NCBI GenBank assembly: GCA_041645165.1
Contig: JBAZQN010000003.1
Span: 28,198-92,197, forward strand
Source of the DNA: Patescibacteria group bacterium
GTDB taxonomy: Bacteria > Patescibacteriota > Patescibacteriia > 2-02-FULL-49-11
Length of the DNA: 64,000 bases
Direction of reading: 5' to 3'
Below the pieces are notes generated by a model. It ran no database searches. It worked only from the letters and a program-made list of their open reading frames with translations, and was not told where the DNA came from. Shown one piece after another: positions 27,984-35,758 of the stretch (within the stretch, counting starts at the first letter, position 1; every line of letters starts with the position of its first letter). A program made the translations under genes and the position numbers.

Positions 27984-29120
27984 TTATGATTTCTCTCGCA
28001 CGACGCTCCGCGTGAGTACAGGCTCCTGGTCTTTCCGGAGCGCGTCGATGAACTGCGCAAAATCGACATGGGCCACGCAGACGTAACTGTCTGCCGCGCC
28101 ATAGTACACGAGCAGCTGTCCGTCTTTCACCACGGCGCCTGAAACGTACACCACACCTGGTTTAAACCCGTGATGCTCATACGGCTCACTAGGCTCTAAG
28201 ACTGGCGTGCGTGCGCGAGAGCGCACTATAGTCGGGTCATCGTGATCAAGCAAGAGCGCGCCGACCCGGTACTTGCTCCAGTCATGATCCATCGCGTGGT
28301 AGAATACCAGCCAACCATAGTCCGTCTTGAGCGGCACCGGCCCGGCGCCCCGTATCCATCGATCCCAGCAATTCTGCCGCGGTTTCCCGCCGTGATTGCT
28401 GGCGATACAAGCCTGATTTTTAAATTCGAGGCTGTCCACATACTCGACGAGCACCTCTGGATTGAGGCTGTGCAGTATCGCATACTTCCCATGTATCTTC
28501 TCCGGGAATATCACCCAGTTCTTATGGACCTCCTCGGGAGGAGAGATGAGGAGGGGCGCTTTCCAATGCCACCGCTTCTGCAGAAAGTCTTCGAGAGATA
28601 TTGAGGTGAGTGCAACCCGTAAGTCGCCGTTGCAGGCCGTATACATCATATACAAAACATCCTCGTCGCCCACGCGCACAATGCGCGGATCCTCACTACC
28701 GCCCCAGCTCCCGCCCGACTGATAACAATACACCTGGGAAGGCCTCCGCCCGACCCGATGTTCGTACACAGGATGGGGCAGCCTTTCGTTAATCACAAAT
28801 CCATCCTTGGACGCCGCATACCCAAAGCGCGAAATGCCGTCTTTTCCAATCGCTCGGTACAAAAAATGGACGACATCGTTCAGCACGATCGCTCCTGGAT
28901 TGAATGTCTGCCACCCCTCCCACTCATTCTCTGTACGGGGGAAAAGTATGGGATTCTCGGGAATTTTGTGTAATTGAAAAGCAGATACTGTCCTTTTTCT
29001 AGCTCTCTGCGCCCCCTTTGTGGCTGTTTTCTTTGCTGCTCCCTGGGATTTCCCCGCCTGGTAGGGTCTAGTACCCCCCGTTGAGAACTTAAATAAATAC
29101 TTCAATAGTGTTTTGAGCAT
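27984..29120 (-). CDS. GH130-like glycosidase/phosphorylase
   Basis: TFNPGA, LYRA, SEDPR, HKNW, YYGAAD; start uncertain. Confidence 0.85.
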   Translation of the reverse strand: MLKTLLKYLFKFSTGGTRPYQAGKSQGAAKKTATKGAQRARKRTVSAFQLHKIPENPILFPRTENEWEGWQTFNPGAIVLNDVVHFLYRAIGKDGISRFGYAASKDGFVINERLPHPVYEHRVGRRPSQVYCYQSGGSWGGSEDPRIVRVGDEDVLYMMYTACNGDLRVALTSISLEDFLQKRWHWKAPLLISPPEEVHKNWVIFPEKIHGKYAILHSLNPEVLVEYVDSLEFKNQACIASNHGGKPRQNCWDRWIRGAGPVPLKTDYGWLVFYHAMDHDWSKYRVGALLLDHDDPTIVRSRARTPVLEPSEPYEHHGFKPGVVYVSGAVVKDGQLLVYYGAADSYVCVAHVDFAQFIDALRKDQEPVLTRSVVREKS

Positions 29121-29655
29121 AGGACTATATAAAACTGACCAAGAATATAGAAATTGACTAGGTAGAATAGCACTATGGCTAATCCCTCCATAACTACTCT
29201 TATATTCTCCCACTTTCTGTCTTGATTGACAATATGTTTGGTTATACACCAAGAGCCGCAGGAAACGACTTTTACGATTCCTCCGCTGCAATTTACTCTC
29301 TTTCAGGATGGATCATTGATATTTTTAACTTAAGGCCATGACGCGGCAGAGGAAGGCATCGCAGATAATCTCGAAAAAGAGACTCCCCACCAGGAAATGC
29401 GAGGAAGGTAAGGCTTACCATGCCGTCATAGCCTGGCTCCGGTGAAAATGAAATGGCGGGAGGCTGATCGGGAGGAAGCGTCTGCGCCGTACTGGGAATA
29501 AAAAACACCCTCCGAAAAGAGTGTTCTTGTTTGATTACCAACCTGCTGTGAGGTTTTTGAGACGGAAACGGGCCTGCCGCGCCGGAGTCCAGAATCTCTG
29601 GACGCAGGTGGGTCTCTTCCTCCAGAGGCGGACAAGCGAACCGCGCAATAATTTG

Positions 29656-29710
29656 ACTCCGAGGGCGAGATTCGAATCCCAAACCAATCCGCCGCAATTT
29701 CTCTGGCTCC
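29656..29710. repeat. 55-bp direct repeat of tRNA-Asn 3' end plus trailer (att-like)
   Basis: 54/55 identical to 48204-48258. Confidence 0.9.
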
Positions 29711-29898
29711 CTAGCTCGGTCTGGTACTGAAAGTATAGCGGTTTCGCAAGGATTTCCGCGCCTCTTTCTTGATGCCCCGGAACGGAGCTGGGTCAGGCTC
29801 TTAAATGGAGGGATGAGACAAATGAGACAGTTCTTAAGGGCGGTCTTTCGTGTCTCATTTGACGCGACTGTCTCATTCGTGGTCTTCTTATTTCTCAC

Positions 29899-30066
29899 TT
29901 ATAACTTGACCTTCTTCATCTTTGCGATGAACCAACGGATATCGTCGTACGTGACAGAGTCGGGGCACTTTTCTTTGATTGAGCCGAGACGGGCAGGATC
30001 TTCGCATTCGCTCATGGCTTTGAGGGTCGCGCGTTCATGGTCGCGGGAAAGAAAGGAGTTGATTAC
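29899..30066 (-). pseudogene. Out-of-frame remnant resembling the helicase C-terminal HTH (HTH_40-like)
   Basis: VINSFLSRDHERATLKAMSECEDPARLGSIKEKCPDSVTYDDIRWFIAKMKK, overlapping the recQ end. Confidence 0.5.
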
Positions 30067-31303
30067 CTAAACAATGATCGCACCCTTGGCAATGGTCCTT
30101 CTGAAGAGAAGAGCCGCCACCGAAATAATCAAGGATGATCTTACGGCGACAGGCGCGGGCGGTGGAATATTCCTGAATTTTCTTAAGTTTCTCATATTTA
30201 ATCACGCGCACGACGGTTGCCTCTTGCAAGGGCTTCCCCCGCTCCAATGATTCCTCATAATTCTTCCCAATGAAGAATTCGTGGAGCGCGCTGTCTTTCC
30301 TGCTATGCAGAAGCACACAGTACGCAATCTCGCCGTCCCTTCCTGCGCGTCCCGCTTCCTGGTAGTAATTCTCCAGAGAGGCAGGCATATGCGCGTGGAT
30401 GACAAAACGGACATCGGGCTTGTCCACCCCCATGCCAAAGGCAATGGTCGCAGTGATTACGGGCACTTCGTCCCGCATGAATTTCTCTTGTACGCGTGTC
30501 CTCTCCTCTGAATCCATGCCTGCATGATACGGAAGCGCCTTAATCCCGTGTTCTTGAAGATACCATGCGAGTTCCTCAGTCTTGTCTCGCGTGCCGCAGT
30601 ACACGATGCCGGAACCTTTCATAGAACGCGCGAGCCGCACTACTTCTTCATCCCGCTCAAAATCGGAGAGATACGCACGGGTGAAGAACCGGAGGTTGGG
30701 GCGGTCAAACCCCCGCACGAACGTTTGGGGATCCTTGAGCCCCAACCGCTTGATGATGTCCGCTTTCACCTCGGGCGTGGCGGTCGCGGTAAAGGCGGCG
30801 AGGATGGGACGCTGTGGGAGGCAGGAAATGTGTTTCTGAATTTCGAGATAATCCGGCCGGAAATCGTGCCCCCACGCGGACACGCAATGCGCCTCATCTA
30901 TGGCGACGAGGGAAACGAAAACTTTCTTCAACATCTCAATAAAGCCGGTGGTCAGACGCTCCGGGGCAACGTAGAGGAGCTTAGTCTTTCCCGCTAACAC
31001 CTCTTGTGTGCGCCGTTCAATTTCGTCATCCGGCAGGGATGAGTTAATAAAACTTGCCGCGATCCCCCTGACGTTCAGCGCATCCACCTGATCCTTCATG
31101 AGCGCAATCAAGGGCGAGATCACCACGGTCGTGCCGGGAAGCGCGAGCGCGGGCAGTTGGAAACACAAGGACTTCCCCCCTCCGGTGGGCATGAGCGCGA
31201 GCGTATCGCGTCCCGCAAGAATACTTGCGACAATCTCCTCCTGCCCGGGACGGAAAGAGACAAAGCCGTAATGGAATTTCAAGAGTTCATCAAGGTCAGG
31301 CAT
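30035..31303 (-). CDS. recQ: RecQ-family helicase (short, ends after Zn-binding motif)
   Basis: MPTGGGKS, DEAHC, WGHDFRP, TATAT, AFGMGVDK, QEAGRAGRDG, CRR..CxxCxxC. Confidence 0.93.
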   Translation of the reverse strand: MPDLDELLKFHYGFVSFRPGQEEIVASILAGRDTLALMPTGGGKSLCFQLPALALPGTTVVISPLIALMKDQVDALNVRGIAASFINSSLPDDEIERRTQEVLAGKTKLLYVAPERLTTGFIEMLKKVFVSLVAIDEAHCVSAWGHDFRPDYLEIQKHISCLPQRPILAAFTATATPEVKADIIKRLGLKDPQTFVRGFDRPNLRFFTRAYLSDFERDEEVVRLARSMKGSGIVYCGTRDKTEELAWYLQEHGIKALPYHAGMDSEERTRVQEKFMRDEVPVITATIAFGMGVDKPDVRFVIHAHMPASLENYYQEAGRAGRDGEIAYCVLLHSRKDSALHEFFIGKNYEESLERGKPLQEATVVRVIKYEKLKKIQEYSTARACRRKIILDYFGGGSSLQKDHCQGCDHCLGNQLLSFPRP

Positions 31304-31385
31304 GGACTCTATTAAACCACCCTCCTTTCATGCATATATGAACGAATGGACACATCTTATTCCGCTGTGGCGCATTTGGCGAATT

Positions 31386-31958
31386 TCAACGCTTCAGCTT
31401 AATCTCATACGCGATCCGCTCCAATTTCACGAGATTGCGCTCCAGGTCGTCATACTTTTCCCGGAGCTTGCCGGAGAAGGATACATGAGAGAGCTCGTCC
31501 ATAATTGATTGCGTTATACGGACATACGACTCAATCTCTTTAAGGTGCGTGGTGTCGGCAATGCTCATGGCCTTGCGCACCAGTTCTCCGGTAAAATCAC
31601 AAACCCCGCCCAGAGCTTCGTCGGTATCGAGAGGAATGAACGATGGGATAGTGAGTCTCCCGCCAGTAAGAAAACTCAAATACGCTTTTGCCTCCACGTA
31701 TTCCTCCAGCGCCTCGCGGAAGAAGCCTTCGGTGGCGAGCAGTGGCTGGCGCGTGAGCAGAGCTTGAACCGATCTCAGAGTGCGTTCGGCATCGGCCAGC
31801 AACCGCTTCCCGTCCTGAAACTTATCCTGCCGCATCAGGGTGATTGCCTGCTTGGCTAGAGAGCGCGTCTGATCGGAAGGCGCCTTCAGCCGATGCCGCA
31901 AGTCTTGATATTGCCGGTAGTCTTTGACTAACCGTCGAAGAGTTTTGGTATCAAACAT
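31386..31958 (-). CDS. Translin-family protein
   Basis: ALEEYVEA, LGGVCDFTGELVR, LREKYD. Confidence 0.8.
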   Translation of the reverse strand: MFDTKTLRRLVKDYRQYQDLRHRLKAPSDQTRSLAKQAITLMRQDKFQDGKRLLADAERTLRSVQALLTRQPLLATEGFFREALEEYVEAKAYLSFLTGGRLTIPSFIPLDTDEALGGVCDFTGELVRKAMSIADTTHLKEIESYVRITQSIMDELSHVSFSGKLREKYDDLERNLVKLERIAYEIKLKR

Positions 31959-31983
31959 AATGCGAATGTTAAAATTCGTACCC

Positions 31984-32069
31984 TTGACGCATCTTGGCGG
32001 GATATGCTATCTTAATACTGCGATAGCACTCTGGAGTATTCCGCAAGGAATAGCTCCAGATTCTTTTTT
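31984..32069 (+). ncRNA. Possible ~50-nt small RNA: promoter plus GCAA-loop hairpin and U-tract
   Basis: TTGACG-18-TATCTT with TG extension, then TCTGGAG-TATTCC-GCAA-GGAATA-G-CTCCAGA-TTCTTTTTT; no plus-strand ORF. Confidence 0.4.
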
Positions 32070-32574
32070 ATTGGCTGATCTCGGCTTTTAACTTCCTTAG
32101 ATCAACGAATTTCGCGAGGTTAAGGAGTTCTTTACCGACCCTTCCGCGCGTAGACATCACAATGACCCGCTTTCCCCTTTGTTTAAGCCGCTCCAGAGCG
32201 GGCGCAAAATCGCTGTCGCCGGAAACGAGAACGGCGGTATCGTATTTCTCCGCGAGCTCCACCATTTCAAAGGCGAGTTCAATGTCGAGACTGCCCTTAT
32301 GTTTATTGCCTTCGTTAGTTTTAATCTCTTTGAGCGCTTTGGTACGCAGAATATAACCGTTGATATCGAGCATGTCAAGGAATTTGCGTTCGGCGAGATT
32401 GTTTTCATCGACGGCGGCGTAAGCGAAACACTTCATGCCCTCGCCGCATTCGCGCTTAAGGTACCGCATCAACTTGGCATAAGCAACCTTCCAGCCAAGC
32501 GTGCGCTGCGAATAGAAGACATTAGAAACGTCGATGAAAACGTAGACTTTGCCGTGGACGAATGAGGAAATCAT
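32068..32574 (-). CDS. NYN-domain (LabA/DUF88) protein
   Basis: VFIDVSNV, KGSLDIELA, LVSGDSDF. Confidence 0.92.
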   Translation of the reverse strand: MISSFVHGKVYVFIDVSNVFYSQRTLGWKVAYAKLMRYLKRECGEGMKCFAYAAVDENNLAERKFLDMLDINGYILRTKALKEIKTNEGNKHKGSLDIELAFEMVELAEKYDTAVLVSGDSDFAPALERLKQRGKRVIVMSTRGRVGKELLNLAKFVDLRKLKAEISQ

Positions 32575-32774
32575 AATGGTAGCGTAGCAAAAAAGCGTGT
32601 TTTTCACAATATTACCCGTTCATACGGGTTAACAACGACGGCGACACGTTCCACTGCCGCCCGTCGCCAGTTCTGACCGTGACACTCCGGCGGTTTACCC
32701 CGCAGTGCGGGGTGAAGGAGTAATTGTCATGTGGTATACTACAAGTAGAATCAGTTTGTTTCTTTACTTAATTT

Positions 32775-33743
32775 ATGACCAAACTCATTCGGCTGAAAGT
32801 TTCCCGCATCAAATACACCGGCGATTCCATCGGCGATGACATCCGCATTGAAGTCGAGAGCCTGAACAAGTTCGTGGGGTTGAATATGCGGCTGAAGCGG
32901 GGAAGCGATAGAGCGCTGAATGTCGAAATAGGGCAATTCTTTGGCGACGGTGTGTCGTTCGCCCTGCCAGTAACAATCAGAATCATCGAACGAGATCTAG
33001 TATTCAACGACGTAGGAAGCGTGCAAAAAACGATCAAGGTCAATTTGAGCGACCCTTCGTCTCAACGTAACATCTATACGATAGAAGTGCGGGAACGGCG
33101 CGGTTATCTGACCCGGAAAAAGGCGGTCTTTGAAGTAACTTTGGAAGCAGGCGTGTCGGATACGATTTTGTACGTAGCAGACGAGAGCGGAGACGGCTGG
33201 GTGGTCACCGTGCCAGAACACGGTACCGAGAACATAAGCCTTCCATACCACTTAAAAATCTCGTTAGAAAAATACGATACTAAGCGCCAGTACTTTAAAA
33301 TCATGGAAGGGATCATACAGGGCACGAAGGCTTCAGTACAAATCGAATCAAACGGCACATCACACCTCCGTACTGAAAATCCGCATACCGGATCGGCGCA
33401 TCTCACATATTCGCTTTCTCGAGGAACGTTAAAGATGAACCGTAACGTCTACAAAGTCCTTAACTTCCCCCAAGACCCTGAACCATGGAAAAATGGTCTT
33501 TATGATATCGAAATACCTGACGCGCCGCATGAGCCCGGAGAAGCATATTTAGACCGTGCCAGATTGGCAAAAGTCTGGTTCCGCGTTGGTCACGGCGGAG
33601 AGAGGTACCTCCATACCGGCAGCGTGACACTTGGGTGCATCACGTTGACGGAAGTAGAACGCTGGGATTATATGTGTAAAGTACTCATGAAAGCGCGCAA
33701 AGGCGATGGGGAGAGCATCGGCGTGTTAGAGATAACCGACTGA
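32775..33743 (+). CDS. Hypothetical protein with C-terminal L,D-transpeptidase-like (Tlde1/DUF2778-like) domain
   Basis: GLYDI..WFR..RYLHTGSVTLGCITL His/Cys motif. Confidence 0.5.
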   Translation: MTKLIRLKVSRIKYTGDSIGDDIRIEVESLNKFVGLNMRLKRGSDRALNVEIGQFFGDGVSFALPVTIRIIERDLVFNDVGSVQKTIKVNLSDPSSQRNIYTIEVRERRGYLTRKKAVFEVTLEAGVSDTILYVADESGDGWVVTVPEHGTENISLPYHLKISLEKYDTKRQYFKIMEGIIQGTKASVQIESNGTSHLRTENPHTGSAHLTYSLSRGTLKMNRNVYKVLNFPQDPEPWKNGLYDIEIPDAPHEPGEAYLDRARLAKVWFRVGHGGERYLHTGSVTLGCITLTEVERWDYMCKVLMKARKGDGESIGVLEITD

Positions 33744-33749
33744 GACTCT

Positions 33750-34727
33750 ATGCACCGAAAATATGCTCTCATCGCGTGTATAAGTCTCATACTCGTGACT
33801 GGCTTGGCCGCGCTGGTTCTCTACCGCTTCCGGGTTTCAGCCCCCTTGCGGAGCGTGCGTGAATTTGGCCCATTAACATTAGGAAGCAGTATGCCGTTAG
33901 CAGGACCGGGAGATTGGACGTTCGCACCGTACAAAAAGATACCTGAGTCAGATTTTTACGTACTCGTCGTCCAATATGATAATTGGTGCATCCAAGCTTC
34001 ATGCAGTCTTGATGGCGCTTTGGTACAAACTATGGGCGGATGGCTGCAAGGAGAAACAACGCGTAATTTCCCAGACTTACCGGAGATCATTGGTTTTGAC
34101 CGGGAAGAAAATAGGAAAGTGAAATCCATCGTCGTCATCGGCGACTCGAAGGGGAGGATTGCCGGCATCTATCCGAACAAGGGCATGGAAGACCTTATCC
34201 CCGTCTTGAAACTCCATCCTGATATTGCCGACTTCAGCCTCTTAAACGGCGTGGACGCATTCGGTCCGCTCAAAGTCGGAGAACCTTCACCGGTACAGCC
34301 CGGCAATCCGACCGGCTACCAGGCGGGAGCGCCAACGTCGTTTCCTTACATCCAAATACCAGCAGGAAAAAAATTTTATGTATTCTCATTTCAACAAGAA
34401 CTAACGGGAACAGGCTATTGCGCGTTCTGGAATTGCATCACGAGCAACTATGGCTACCGTAACTATACCGCGAACTATGTTGAAGATTTGGGCGGGTGGT
34501 GGTCAAGCGACGGATTACCTGAAACGGCACGGAAATTCGGCCTTGACCCTAACCGCGTGGCAAAAGGAGAAGCCTCGCTCGTGGTCGTGACCGACCCCTC
34601 CGGCGCCATCGTCGCCATTCATCCCAACAAAACCATACGGGACATCCTCTCCATCCTGCGGCAACTTCCCGAACTCGCTGACGTGGAACGGTTATTCGGG
34701 GACCGCGCCGACGACGCTCCCATTTGA
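33750..34727 (+). CDS. Membrane-anchored protein with two tandem redoxin-like domains
   Basis: N-terminal TM; internal duplication FGPL..CxxxxC..GGW..VV.D..G.I..I.PNK. Confidence 0.6.
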   Translation: MHRKYALIACISLILVTGLAALVLYRFRVSAPLRSVREFGPLTLGSSMPLAGPGDWTFAPYKKIPESDFYVLVVQYDNWCIQASCSLDGALVQTMGGWLQGETTRNFPDLPEIIGFDREENRKVKSIVVIGDSKGRIAGIYPNKGMEDLIPVLKLHPDIADFSLLNGVDAFGPLKVGEPSPVQPGNPTGYQAGAPTSFPYIQIPAGKKFYVFSFQQELTGTGYCAFWNCITSNYGYRNYTANYVEDLGGWWSSDGLPETARKFGLDPNRVAKGEASLVVVTDPSGAIVAIHPNKTIRDILSILRQLPELADVERLFGDRADDAPI

Positions 34728-34732
34728 AAATG

Positions 34733-35032
34733 CTATGCCTTGATCCTCGTTAAAAACGACGGCGAGACGTTCCATTGGCGCCCATCGCCAGTCTTGATTG
34801 TTACGCTCCGGCGGTTGAGTTTCATGACGATGCCGACGATCTGCTTCCCCTCATGTGTAAAGTACACTCTGTCCATGAGATTGAATTTCGCAAGACCCTT
34901 CAAGTCACGGGCTTTGTGATAGAGCTTTAATCGTTCAACGACCATTCGGTTAAGCAGCCTCAAATCTTCTTCACTCAAACGATTGAGGAAATGCTCGAAT
35001 TCGGTGACAGGTTGGAGATGTTGATCCGGCAT
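34733..35032 (-). CDS. Hypothetical small protein (SH3/KOW-like C-terminus)
   Basis: DRVYF..GIVMKLNRRSVTI..WNVSP. Confidence 0.65.
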   Translation of the reverse strand: MPDQHLQPVTEFEHFLNRLSEEDLRLLNRMVVERLKLYHKARDLKGLAKFNLMDRVYFTHEGKQIVGIVMKLNRRSVTIKTGDGRQWNVSPSFLTRIKA

Positions 35033-35035
35033 ACA

Positions 35036-35638
35036 TTAATCAAGCGCAGGATATTGTTCGGGCGCGACGCCGCGCTGGTCTATCACGCGCGGAAAATCGC
35101 GTGCTGTTTCTTGTTTATCAACGTGACGCGTTCCTTTCAACTTAACATCAAACCTGTGGCCGTCGCCAAAGTCAAACATGAATTCCAGCCTTGGGTGCCG
35201 GGAGTAATCGAGGTCGCAGATGCGGATTTCGTCTGTCTTGAACGTCGGATGCGGATCGTCTTCCCAACCCGGCGCAAAAAACGCAATGGATGAACCGGTG
35301 AACAATGGATCTGGTCTTTTACGCGTGTCGAGAAATTCAAAACCGTGCATGTGATCGTTATCCCAGCACATCGACTCAATTATCGTCTCGGCAAGATCGC
35401 AAAAAGTCTGCGTACCCAAAATTGCGATATCCCGCCATACAGGCCTTTTCAGGAGATACGTTGCACGGAACGCATACACCGCATCTTTGGGATTCTTGTC
35501 CGTAAAATTTTTCTCAAACTCCAGCTTATACTCCTTGTACTTCTTCAGCACTTCCTGTAAATACTCAACATGCCGCTCTTCTGTTATGGCACGATTGATA
35601 CTCTCGTGAAAATTACCTTCTTGGATTTTTGGGTGCAT
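35036..35638 (-). CDS. pRiA4b ORF-3-like protein
   Basis: VWRDI, WDNDHMHGF, FDFGD, APEQYP. Confidence 0.8.
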   Translation of the reverse strand: MHPKIQEGNFHESINRAITEERHVEYLQEVLKKYKEYKLEFEKNFTDKNPKDAVYAFRATYLLKRPVWRDIAILGTQTFCDLAETIIESMCWDNDHMHGFEFLDTRKRPDPLFTGSSIAFFAPGWEDDPHPTFKTDEIRICDLDYSRHPRLEFMFDFGDGHRFDVKLKGTRHVDKQETARDFPRVIDQRGVAPEQYPALD

Positions 35639-35758
35639 ATATAAGGCAGCTAAGCCATAGCGATACGCATACGGTCCATGGCGGCATTCCCACAACGCCC
35701 CCCTCGCTTTCAACGCCGACGGAATTTGTGCCAGCAGAAAGCTCTCGCGCCGCTTTAT

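Noticed and set aside
29705-29726. GGCTCCCTAGCTCGGTCTGGTA resembling a tRNA 5' half
   Set aside because: No D-stem closure, anticodon arm or T-arm follows
29293-29898. 201-aa ORF
   Set aside because: Runs across the att-like repeat and a terminator; likely spurious
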